64,000 bases of DNA from the human T2T-CHM13v2.0 reference genome, Homo sapiens, in NCBI RefSeq assembly GCF_009914755.1, contig NC_060938.1; one strand, 5' to 3'. Positions 25,201-37,900 of the stretch are shown in pieces. Position 1 is the stretch's first letter; each line of letters begins with the position of its first letter. The position numbers were made by a program, and so were the translations under genes. The notes under the pieces are model-generated. The model saw only the letters and a program-made list of their open reading frames with translations, made no database searches and was not told where the DNA came from.

Positions 25201-28200
25201 TTGGAATGGAATGGAATGGAATGGAGTGGAATAGAAAGGAATGGAATGGAACAGAACAGAATGGAAAGGAACAGAATGGAATGGAACGGAACGGAACATA
25301 GTGGAGTGGAGTGGAGTGGAGTGGAACGGAGTGCAGTGGAATGAAATTCAATGGAATGCAATGGAATGGAATGGAGTGGAGTGGAATGGAATGGAGTGGA
25401 CTGGAGTGGAGTGGAGTGTCATGGACTGGAACGGAATGGTATGGAATGGATTGGAATGCAATGGAATGGAATCGAATGGAATGGTGAAATGTGACGTATG
25501 CTATGATTGTGCCCCTGCACTTCAGTCTGGGTGACAGAGTGAGATCCAATTGAAATAAAGAAATGGAATGGAATGAAGTAGAATGGAATGGAATGGAGTA
25601 AAGTGGAATTGAATGGATTGGAATGGAGTGGAGTGGAGGGGAATTTAGTGTAATGGAGTTTAATGAAAAGGAATGGAATGGAGTGGAATGTAATGGAGAG
25701 GAAAGGAATGGAGTGGAGAAGAATTGAATGGATTGAGGTGGAATGGAGTGGAATGGAATGCCGTGGAATGGAGTGCAATGGAATGGAATGGAATGCAGTG
25801 GAATGGAATGGAATGGAGTGGAATGGAACGGAATGGAATGGAGTGGAATGGAATGGAGTGGAGTGGAGAGGAGTGGAGTGGACTGGAATGGAGTGGAGTG
25901 GAGTGGAGTGGAGTGGAATGGAATGGAGTGGAATCGAATGGAACAGAACAGAATGGAACGGAATGGAATGGAACGGAGTGGAGTGTAGGAGTAGATCAGA
26001 CTGCAGTGGAATGGAATGGAATGGAATGGAATGGAATGGAATGGAATGGAATGGAATGGAATGAAGTGCAGTGGAGTTTAGGGGAGTGAAGTGGAATTGA
26101 GTTGATTGGAGTGGAGCGGAGTGGAGGGGAATGGACTGGAATGGAGTGGAATCAAAAGGAGTGGAGTGGAATGCAATGGAATGGAATGGAATGGAATGGA
26201 GAGGAGTGGAGTGCAGTGGAGTGGAATATAGCGGAATGGAGAGAAGTGGAGTGCAGTGGAATGGAGTGGAGTGGAATAGAATGGTTGGGTATGGAACGCA
26301 ACGGAACAGAATGGTAGCGAACAGAATTGAACTTAGTAGATTGGAGTGGAATGGAGTTGAGTGGAGTGGAGTTGAGTGGAGTGGATTGGAGTGCAGTGGA
26401 ATGGAATGGAATGGAATGCAATGGAATGGAATGGAATGCTGAAATGAAATGTGAGCTAAGATTGTGCCACTGCTCTCCAGTCTGGGTGACAGAGTGATAT
26501 CCAGCTGAAATAAAGGAATGGAATGGAGCATAAAAGAATGGAATTGAGTGGACTGGAATGGAATGGAGTGGAATGGAGTGGAATGGAATGGAGTGGAGTG
26601 GATTGGAGTGGAATGGAGTGGAATGGAATGGAGTGGAGTGGATTGAAGTGGAGTGGATTGGAATGGAGTGGAATGGATTGGAATGGAGTGGAATGAAGTG
26701 GAGAGGATTGGAATGGAGTCGACTGGAATGCAGTGGAGGGGAATGGCTTGGAATGAAGTGGAATGGAGTGGAATGGAATGGAATGGTGAGGAATGGAATG
26801 GAATGGAATGGAGTGGATTGGAGTGGAGTAAAGTAGAGTAGAGCGGAGTAGAGTGGAATGGAGTGGAATAGAGTGAGAAGGAGAGGAGTAGAATAGAGTG
26901 GCGTGGAACGGAATGGAGTGGAATAGAATGGAAAGCAAAGGATTGGAACCCAATTGAACGGACTGCAGTCGAGTGGATTGGAAAGGAATGGAATGGAACC
27001 GAAAGGACTGGTGTGCAATGGAATGGAATGGAATGGAATGGAATGGAATGGAATGGAATGGAATGAAATGGAGTGCAAGTTAGTGGAGTGGAGTGGAGCA
27101 GAATGCAGTGGAATGGAGTGGAGTGGAGTGGAATGGAATGGAATGGAATGGAATGGAACGCAAAGGAATGGAATGGAACGGAAAGGAATGGAACATAACG
27201 GAATGGAGTGGAGCGTAGTGGAATGGAGTGGAGTTAAGTGTAATGGATCGGATTGCTGTGGAATGGAATGGAATGCAATTGAATGGAATGGAATGGAATA
27301 GAAAGGCGTGTAGAGGAATGGAGAGGAGTGGAGTGGAGTGGATTGGAATGGAAAGGAATGGAAAGGAATGAAATGGAATGGTGAAATGCAATATGTGCTA
27401 AGATTGTGCCACTGCACTCCAGTCTGGGTGACAGAGTGAGATCAAGACAAAATAAAGGAATGCAATTGAATGGAGTAGAATGGAATGGAATGGAGTGGAG
27501 TGGAATGGAACGGAGTGGAATGGAGTGGAGTGGAGTGGAATGCAATGGAGTGATATGGAGTGGTTTGGAATGGAGTGGAAAGGAATGGATTTTAGTAAAA
27601 TGGAGTAGAGTGGAGTGGAATGGAGTGGAATGGAGTGGAATGGAGTGAAATTGAGTGGAGTGGAGTGGAATGGAATGGCATGGAATGGAATGGAAAAGAA
27701 ACGAACAGAATGGAACGGAATGGATTGGAGTGCAGTTGCATGGAGTGTATTGGAGTGCAGTGGAATGGAATGGAATGGAATGGAATAGAACGGAATGGAA
27801 TAGAAAGGGGTGGAGTGGAGTGGTGTATAGTGAAGTAGAGTGGAGAGCAATGGAGTGTAATGTAGAGGAGTGGAGTGGTGTGGATTGGAGTGGAATGGAG
27901 TGGTAAGGAGGGGAGTGGAGTGGAATGGAAAGGAATGGAGCAGAATGCAGTGCAATGGAAAGAAATGGAATGGAAAGGAATGCAACACAGTTGAGTGGTG
28001 TGGAGTGGAATGGAATGGAATGCAGTGGAGTGGAGTGGAGTGGAATGAAATGGAATGGAATGAAATGGAATGGTGAAATGAAATGTGAGCTATGATTGTG
28101 CCACTGCACTCCTCTCTGGGTGACAGAGTGAGATCCAGTCGAAATAACGGAATGGAATGGAGTAGTTTGGAATGGAATGAAATGCAGTGGAATGGAATGG

Positions 28201-30796
28201 AGTAGTTTGGAATGGAATGAAATGCAGTGGAATGGAATGGAGTGGCATGGAGTGGAGTGGAGTGGAATGGAGTGGAGTGGAATGGATTGCAGTATAATGG
28301 AGGGGAATGGAGTGGAATGGAATGCAATGGAACGGAATGGAATGGAGTGGAATGGAATGGAATGCAGTGGAATATAGTGGAGTGGAGTGGAATGGAGTGG
28401 AGTTGGGATGAAAGGAGAGGAGTGGAGTGGAATGGAATGGGATGGAATGGAATGGAATGGAATGTATTGGAATGGAATGGAAAGGAGAGGAGTGGAATGG
28501 ATTGGAGTGGAATTGAATGGAGCGGAATGGAACAGAACGGAATGGAAAAGAAGGCAATAGAATGGAGTGGAGTGGAGTGCATTGGAATGGAGTTGTGTGG
28601 AGTGGATAGAAGTGCACTGGAATGGAATGGAATGGAATGGAGTGGAGTGGAGTGGAATGGAGTGGAGTGGAGTGAAGTGGAGTGGAATGGAGTGGAATGG
28701 AATGGAGTGGAGTGGCATGGAATGAAATGGATTGAAACGGAATGGAATGGAATAGAATGGAATTCAAAAAAACGGAATGTAGTGGAGTGGAGAGGAGTGG
28801 ATTTGACTGGAGAGGATCAGAGTGCAGTGGAATGGGATGGAATTTAGTGGAGTGGAATGGAATGGAATAGAATGGAAAGTGGTGGAGTGGAATGGAATGG
28901 AGTTGAGTGGCATGGAATAGAATGGAATGGAATGGAATGGAATGGAATGGAATGGAATGGAATAGAATGGAATGGTGAAATGTAATGTTACCTAAAATTG
29001 TGCGACTGCACTCCAGTCTAGGTGACACAGTGAGATCCAATGGAAAAAAAGGAATGCAATGAAATGGCGTAAAGAGGAATGGAATGAAGTGGAATGGAGT
29101 GGAGTGGAGTAAAATGGAGTGGAATGGAATGGAAAGGAATGGAGTGGAATGAAATAGAATGGAGTAGAATGGAGTGGAGTGGAGTTGAACGGATTGAAGT
29201 GGAATGGAGTGGATTGGAATAGAGTGGAATTGAGTGAAACGGAATGGAATGGAGTGGAATGGAAGGGAATAGAGTGGAATGGTATGGAGTGGAGTGGAGT
29301 GGAATGGAGTGAAATGGAATGAAATGGAGTGGAATGGAAGGGATTGGAGTGGAATTGAATGGAGTGGAATGGAACGGAACAGAACGGAATGGAATGGAAT
29401 GGAGTGGAGTGGAGTTGATCAGAATGCAGTGGAATGGAATGGAAAGCAGTGGAATGGAGTTGAGTGGAGTGCAGTGGAGTGGATTAGAGTGGAGTGGAAT
29501 GGAGTAAACTGGAGTGGAATGGAATGAGTCGAGTGGAATGGAATGGAATGGAATGGAATGGAATGGATCGGAAGGGAACAGAGTGGAGTGAAGTGGGGTT
29601 GAGTGGAGTGGATAAAAGTGCAGTGGAAAGGAATGGAATTGAATATAATGGAATGGAGTGAAGTGTAAAGGAACGGAATGGAATGGAGTGGAGTGGAATG
29701 GATTGTAGTGGAATAGAGTGGAGTGGAGTGGAATGGAATATAGTCGAGTGGAATTGAAAGGAATGGAGTGTACTGGAATGGAATGTAGTGGAATGAAGTG
29801 GAGTCAAATGGAACGGAGTGGAGTGGAGTTCATCAGAGTGCAGTGGACTGGAATGTAATGTAATGTCATGGAATGGACTGGAGTGGAATGGAATTTAATG
29901 GAGAGCAGTGGAGTGGAGTGCAGAGGAGATTAATGGAATAGAGTGGAGTGGAATGGAGTGCAGAGGAGATTAATGGAATAGAGTGGAGTGGAATGGAATG
30001 GAATGGAATGGAATGCCATGGAATGACATGGAGTAGAGTTTAGTGAAATGGAATGGAGAGGAGTGGAGTGGAGTGGAGTGGAATGGAGTGGACTGCAGTG
30101 GACTGGAGTGGAGTGGAACGGAGTGGAGTGGACTGCAGTGGATTGGAGTGCAGTGGAATGGAGTGGAGTGGAACGGAGTGGAATGGAAGGGAATGGAATG
30201 GAACGGAATGCAAAGGAATGGTGAAATGAAATGTCAGCTAAGACTGTGCCACTGAACTCCAATCTGGATGACAGAGTAAGATCCAGTCGAAATAAAGGAA
30301 TGGAATGTAATGGAGTAAAATCCAATGGAATGGCAGTGGAGTGGATTGTAATGGAGTAGAAAAGAGTGGACTGGAGTGGACTGGAGTGGAGTGGAATGGA
30401 GTGGAGTGGAATGGAGTGGAATGGAGTGGAATGGAATGGAATGAGGTGGAATGGAATGCAATGGAGTGGAACAGAATGGAGTGCTGTGGAGTGGAGTGGA
30501 ATGGATTTGAATGGAGAGAAAGTAGTGGAGAGGAATGGAGTGGAGTGGAATGGAATGGATTAGAATGGAACAGAATGGAACAGAACAGAACGGAATGGAA
30601 TGGAATGTTTAGGACTGGAGTGGAGTTGAGTGGAGGGGATCAGAGTGCAGTGGAATGGAATGGAATGGAATGGAATTGAGTCAAGTGGAGTGAAGTGGAG
30701 TGCAGTGTAATGGAGTGAAATGGAATGGAGTGGAGTGGAATGGAATGGAATGGAGTGGAATGGAACGGAACGGAATGGAATGGAATGGAATGGAAC

Positions 30797-30817
30797 GGTG
30801 GAATGAAATGTGAGCTA
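30797..30817 (+). repeat. Truncated linker (5' ~21 bp only)
   Basis: GGTGGAATGAAATGTGAGCTA followed directly by TTAATGAAGTAAAATGCAATGG. The Alu core and AATAAA are missing. Confidence 0.75.
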
Positions 30818-32608
30818 TTAATGAAGTAAAATGCAATGGCATGGAGTGGAGTGCAGAGAGTGGAATGGAGTGGAGTGCAGTGGAATGAAATGGAATGGAA
30901 TGAAGAGGAATGGAGTGCAGTTTAGTGGAGTGGAGTAAAATGGAGTTGATTGGAGTGGAGCAGAGTGGAGTGGAATGGAATGGAGTGGAGTGGAATGGAA
31001 TGAAATGAAATGGAAAGGAATGCAATGGAATGGAATGGATTTGAATGGAAAGGAATGGAACGGAGTGGAGTGGAGTGCAGTGGAGTGGAATGGATTGGAC
31101 TGTAATGTAGAGAACTGGATTGGAGTGGAATGGAGTGGAGTGGAATAGAGTGGAGTGGAATGGAGTGGAGTGTAGTGGAGTGGAATGGAGTGAAATGGAG
31201 TGGCATGGAAAGAAGTGGAAGGGAGTGAAATTGAGTAGCATGGAATGGAGTGGAATGAAATGGAATGGAGTCGAGTGGAATGGAGTGAAATGGAGTAGAA
31301 TGGAGTGGAGTGGAGAGGAGTGAAATGGAGTGAAATGGAGTGGAATTTAGTGGAGTGGAGTGGAATGATGTGGAATGGAGTGAAATGGAGTGGAGTGGAG
31401 TAGCGTGGAGTGGAATGGAGTGGAATGGAATGGAACATAACAGCACGGAATGGAACGGAATGGAATGGAGTGTATTGGAGTGGAGTGGAGTGGAGTGTAT
31501 CAGAGTGCAGTGGAATGGAATGGAATGGAATGCAGTGTCGTGGAGTGGGGTTTAATGTAGTGGAGTGGAATGGAGTGTAGTGGAGTGGAGTAGAGTGGAC
31601 TGGAGTGGAATGGAGTGTTATGGAGTGGAATGGAGTGGAGTGGAGTGGAATGGAATGGAATGGAAAGGAAGAAAATGCAATGGAAAGGAATGGAAAGGAA
31701 AGGAATGGAATAGAGTTGATTGGAGTGCAGTGGAGTTGAGTGGACTGGAGTGGAGTGGAAAGAAATGGAATGGAATGGAATGGAACTGTGAAATGAAATG
31801 TGAGCTAAGATTGTGCCACTGAATTCCTGTCTGGGTAAAAGAGTGAAACCAAGTCGAAATGAAAGAGTGGAATGGAATGCAGTAGAATGGAATGGAATGG
31901 AGTGGAGTGCAATGGAATGGAGTGGCATGGAGTGGAGTGGAATGGAATGGAATGGAATGGAGTGGAGTGGAATGGAATGGAATGGAGTGGAATGGATGGC
32001 AGTATAACGGAGTGGAATGGAATGGAATGGAATGGAGTGGAATGGAATGGAATGTAGTGGAAAGGAGTGGAGTGGATTGGAATGGAGTGGACAGGAGTGG
32101 AGTGGAACTGAATGGAAAGGAATGGAGTTGAATGGAATGGAATGGAGTGTAGTGGAATGTACAGGAGTGGAATGGAATGGAGTGGAATGGAAAGAAATAA
32201 AATGGAATGGAATGGAACGGAGTGGAGGGGAGTGCAGTGGAGTGGAGTTGTGTGGAGTGGATGGGAGTGCAGTGGAATGGAATGGTATGGAATGGAATGG
32301 AGTGGAGTGGAGTGAAGTGGAGTGGAATGTAGGGGAACAGAATGGAGTGGAGTTGAATGGAATGGAATGGAACAGAATGGAATGGAATGGAACAGAATGA
32401 AATGGAACAGAATGGAAAGTAGTGGAGTGGAGTGGAGTGGAGTGGAGTGGAGTTGAGTGGAGTGAAGTGGATTGGAGTGCAGTGGAATGGAATGGAATGA
32501 AATGGAAAGGAATAGAATGGAATGGAATGAGGTGGAGTGGAATAGAATTGAGTGGAGTGGAGTGGAGTGGAGTGGATTTCCATGGATAGGAATGGAATGG
32601 AATGGAAT

Positions 32609-32685
32609 GGTGAAATGTAAGGTGAGCTAAGATTGTGCCACTGCACTCCAGTCTGGGTGACAGAGTGAGATCCAATCGAAATAGA
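32609..32685 (+). mobile_element. Representative near-consensus Alu-3'-fragment linker copy
   Basis: GTGAGCTAAGATTGTGCCACTGCACTCCAGTCTGGGTGACAGAGTGAGATCCAATCGAAATAGAG: an Alu right-arm 3' terminus with CpGs decayed to TpG. Confidence 0.88.
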
Positions 32686-33629
32686 GGAATGGAATGGAAT
32701 GGAATAGAATGGAATGGAATGGAATAAAGTGGTATGGAATGGAGTGGAATGGAGTGGAGTGGAGTGGAATGGAGTGAAATGGAGTGGAATGGAATGGAAT
32801 GGAGTGGAATGAAATGAAGTGGAGTGAATGGAGTGAAGTGAAGTGGAATGGATTGAGGTGAAATGGAGTGGATTGGAATTCAGTGGAATGGGATGGAATG
32901 GAAAGCAATGGAATGGAGTGGAATGGAATGGAATGGAGTTGAATGGAATGGAGTGGAGTGGAGTGAAGTGAAATGGAGTGGAGTGGAGTGGAATGGAATG
33001 AAAGGGAGTGGAGTGGAGTGGAATGGAGTGGAGTGGAGTGGAAAGAAATGGAATGGAATGAAGTAGAGTGGAGTGGAGTTGATTGGAGTGGAGTGGAATG
33101 GAGTTGATTGGAGTGGAGCAGAGTGCAGTGGAGTGGAGTGGAATGGAGTTGACTGGAGTGGAGCAGAGTGCAGTGGAGTGGAGTGGAATGGACTGGAATG
33201 GAGTAGAATGGAATGGAGTGGAGTAGAATGGAATGAAATGGAATGGAATGCAATGGAATGGAACAGAGTGGAATGGAATGCGATGGAATGGAGTGGAGGG
33301 GAGTGGAGTATAGTGGAGTGGAATGGAATGGAGTGTAATGCAGAGAAATGGAGTGAGGTGGAATTGAGTGGAGTGGAATAGAATGGTCAGGTATGGAATG
33401 GAACGGAACAGAATGGAAGGGAACGGAATTGAACTTAGTGGATTAGACTGGAGTGGAGTGGAGTGGAGTGGATCGGAGTACAGTGGAATGGAATTGAATG
33501 GAATGGAATGGAATGGAATGGAATGGAATGGAATGGAATGCAATGGAGAAATGAAACGTGAGCTTAGATTGCGCCACTGCTCTCCAATCTGGGTGAGAGA
33601 GTGAGATCCAATCGAAATAAAGGAATGGA

Positions 33630-34900
33630 ATGGAATGGAATGGAGTAGAAAGGAATGGAATGGAGTGGAGTGGAATGGAATGGAAGGGAATGGAGTGGAA
33701 CGGAATGGAATGGAGTGGAATGGAGTGGAATGGATTGAAGTGGAATGGATTGGAAAGGAACGGAATGGAGTGGAGTGGAATGGAATGGAAGGGAATGGAG
33801 TGGAATGGAATGGAATGGAGTGGAATGGAGTGGAATGGATTGAAGTGGAATGGATTGGAAAGGAATGGAATGGAGTGGAGTGGAATGGAATGGAAGGGAA
33901 TGGAGTGGAATGGAATGGAATGGAGTGGAATGGAGTGGAATGGATTGAAGTGGAATGGATTGGAAAGGAATGGAATGGAGTGGAATGGAATGGAATGGAG
34001 TGGAATGGAGTGAAGTGGGCTGAAGTGGAATAGATTGGAATGGAATGGAATGGAGTGGAATGGAATGGAATGGAATGGAGTGGAGTGGAATGGAATAGAG
34101 TGGAACGGAGTGGAATAGATTGAAGTGGAATGGACTGGAAAGGAATGGAATGGAGTGGAATGGAATGGAATGGAGTGGAATGGAGTGAAGTGGACTGAAG
34201 TGGAATGGATTGGAATGGAATGGAATGGAGTGGAATGGAATGGAATGGAGTGGAGTGGAATGGAATGGAAGGGAATGGAGTGGAATGGAATGGAATGGAA
34301 TGGAGTGGAAAGGAGTGGAATGGATTGAAGTGGAATGGATTGGAAAGGAATGGAATGGAGTGGAGTGGAATGGAATGGAAGGGAATGGAGTGGAATGGAA
34401 TGGAATGGAGTGGAATGGAGTGGAATGGATTGAAGTGGAATGGATAGGAAAGGAATGGAATGGAGTGGAATGGAATGGAATGGAGTGGAATGGAGTGAAG
34501 TGGGCTGAAGTGGAATAGATTGGAATGGAATGGAATGGAGTGGAATGGAATGGAATGGAATGGAGTGGAGTGGAATGGAATAGAGTGGAACGGAGTGGAA
34601 TAGATTGAAGTAGAATGGACTGGAAAGGAATGGAATGGAATGGAGTGGAATGGAATGGAATGGAATGGAGTGGAATGGAGTGAAGTGGACTGAAGTGGAA
34701 TGGATTGGAATGGAATGGAATGGAGTGGAATGGAATGGAATGGAGTGGAGTGGAATGGAATAGAGTGGAACGGAGTGGAATAGATTGAAGTGGAATGGAC
34801 TGGAAAGGAATGGAATGGAATGGAGTGGAATGGAATGGAATGGAGTGGAATGGAGTGAAGTGGATTGAAGTGGAATGGATTGGAATGGAATGGAATGGAA
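33630..34900 (+). repeat. Highly homogeneous, recently expanded pentamer block with nested 105-, 180- and 485-bp periods
   Basis: TGGATTGAAGTGGAA at 33731/33836/33941 and 34321/34426; TGAAGTGGGC at 34011/34496; TAGAGTGGAACGGAG at 34096/34581/34761. Confidence 0.85.
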
Positions 34901-37900
34901 GGGAATGGAGTGGAGTGGATTGGAATGGAGTGGAGTGGAATGCTGTGGAGGGGAATGGCGTGGAATGAAGTAGAAAGTAGTGGAATGGAATGGAATGGAG
35001 TGGAATGGAGTGTAATGGAATGAGGTGGAATGAAAGGGAGTGGAGTGGAGTGCAGTGGAGTGGAGTGGAGTCGAGGTGAATGGAGTGGAATGGAGTGAAA
35101 TGGAGAGGAGTGGAAAGGAGTGGAGTGGAACGGAATGGAGTGGAATGGAACGTAAAGGAAAGCACTGGAACAAAATTGAAAGAACTGCAGTGGAGTGGAA
35201 TAGTATGCAATGGAATGGAATGGAAAAGAATGGAATGGAATGGAATGGAGGGCATTGGAGTGGAGTGGTGTGGAATGGAGTGGAGTGGAATGGAGTGGAA
35301 GGGATTGGAATGGAGTGGAATGGAATGGGGTGGAATGGAGTGGAATGGAGTGGAATGGAGTGCAATGGAATGGAGTGGAATGGAATGGAATGGAATGGAA
35401 CGGAAAGGAATGAAATGGAATGGAATGGAATGGAAAGTAACGGAACGGAATTGAGCGCAGTGGACTGCAGTGGTTTTGAGTGGAATGGATTGGATTGCCG
35501 TGGAGTAAAATGGAATGCAATGGAAAGGAGTGTAGAGCAATGGAGAGGAGTGGAGTGGATTGGAGTGGAATGGAATGGAATGAAATGGATTGGTGAAATG
35601 AAATGTGTGCTCAGATTGAGCCACTTCACTCCAGTCTGGGTGACAGAGTGAGATCCAGTCGAAATAAAGGAATGCAATGGAACAGAGTAGAATGGAATGG
35701 CATGGAGTGCAGTGGATTGGAAGGGAGTGGAATGGAGTAGTGTGGAGTGGAATGGAATGGAGTGGAACGGAGTGGATTGGAATGGAGTGTAATGGAGTGG
35801 AATGGAATGCAGTTTAGTAAAGCGGAGTGGAATGGAGTGGAATGGAGGGAAATGGATTGGAGTGTAGTGGAGTGGAGTGGAATGGAATGGATTGCAATGG
35901 AATGGAACAGAATGGAACGAAATGGAACAGAATGGAACGGAGTGGAGTGGAGTGGAGTTGCATAGAATGTATTGGAGTGCAGTGGAATGGACTGGAAAGG
36001 AAAGGAATCGAATGGAATGAAAGGGAATGGAGTGGAGTGGACTGGTGTTTAGTGGAGTGGAGTGGCGTGGAGTGGAGTGGAATGGAATGGTATGGAATGG
36101 AACAGAGTTCAGTGGAGTGGAGTGGAGTTGAGTGGAGTGGAGTGGAATGAAATGGAATGGAATGGTGAAATGAAATGTGAGCTAAGATTGTGCCACTGCA
36201 CTCTGCTCTGGGTGACAGAGTGAGACCCAGTCAAAATAAAGGAATGGAATGGAATGGAGCAGAAAATAACTGAGTAGAGTGGAGTGGAATGGAATGGAGT
36301 GGCATGGAGTGGAGTGGAGAGGAATGGAAGTGGAGTGGAATGGATTGCAGTATAACGGAGTGAAATGGAAGTGGAGTGGAATGGATTGTAGTATAACGGA
36401 GTGGATTGGAGTGGAAAGGAGTGGAATGGAGTGAAATGGAGTGGAATGGAATGGAGTGGAGTGGAAAGGAATGGAGTGAAATGGAGTGGAATGGAATGGA
36501 GTGGAGTGGAAAGGAATGGAGTGAAATGGAACAGAATGGAATGGAAGGGAATGGAAAGGAATGGAATGGAAGGAACGGAATGGAGTGGTGTGGAGTTGAG
36601 AGGAATAGATCAGAGTGCAGTGGAATGGGATGGAATGGAATTGAGTGCAATGGAATGGAATGGAGTGGAATGAAATGCAATGGAAGGCAGTGGACTTTTG
36701 TGGAGTTGAGTGGAATGGAGTGGATTAGAGTGGGATGGAATGGAATGGAATGGAAGGGAATAGAATGGAATGGAATGGAATGGAATGGAGTGGAATGGAA
36801 TGGTGAAAAAATGTGAGCTAAGGTTGTGCCACTACACAACAGTCTGGGTGACAGAGTGAGATCCAGTAGAAATAATGGCATGGAATTTAATGGATTAGAA
36901 TGGAAAGCAATGGAGTGGAATGGAAAGGAATGGAGTGGAATGGAGTGCAGTGGAGTGGAATGAAGTGGAGTGCAATGGACGGGAATGGAGTGGAATGAAA
37001 TGGAATGGAAGGGAGTGGAATGGAAAGGAATGGAGTGGAGTGGAATGGAGTGGAGTAGAAAGGAATGGAGTGCAACGGAATGGAACAGAACGGAGCAGAA
37101 CGGAACAGAATGCAATGGAGTGGAGTTGAGTGGAGTGGATTGGAGTGAAATGTAATGGAATGGAATGGAATGGAATTGAACAGAGTAGAGAGGAGTGAAG
37201 AGTAGTGGAGAGGAATGGAGTGGAATGGAATGGAGTGCAATGGAATGGAATGGAATGGACCAGAACGGAATGGAATGGAATTGAATGGAGTGGAATGGAA
37301 TAGAATGCAATGCAATGGAATGCAGTGGAGTCGAGTGGAATGTAATGGAGTGAAGTGGAATGTAATGGAATGGAGTGGAATGCAATGGAATGGATTGGAG
37401 CGGAATGGAATGGAATGGAATGGAATGAAGTGGAGTGGAATGGAATGGAGTGGAGGGGAATGGAATGGAATGTAGTGGAATGGAATGGAGTGGAGTGGAA
37501 TGGAATCGAGTGGAGTGGAATGGCATGGAATGGATTGGAGTGCAGTGGAATGGAATGCAATGGAATGGAATGGAATGGAATGGAATGGAATGGAATGGAA
37601 TGGTGAAATGAAATGTGAACTAAGATTGTGCCACTGCACTCCAGTATGGGGGCAGAGAGAGATCCAGTCAAAATAAAGGACTGGACTGGAATGGAGGAAA
37701 ATTGAATGGAATGGACTGTGTGGAAAGGAGTGGATTGGAATTGAATGGAGTGTAACGGAGTGGAGTTCAGTGGAATGGAATGGAATGGAATGGAATGGAA
37801 TGGAGCAGAATGGAGTGGAGTGGAGTGGAATGGAGTGGAGTGGTGTGGAATGGAGTGGAATGGAATGGAGTGGAGTGGAGTGGAATGGAGTGGAGTGGAA

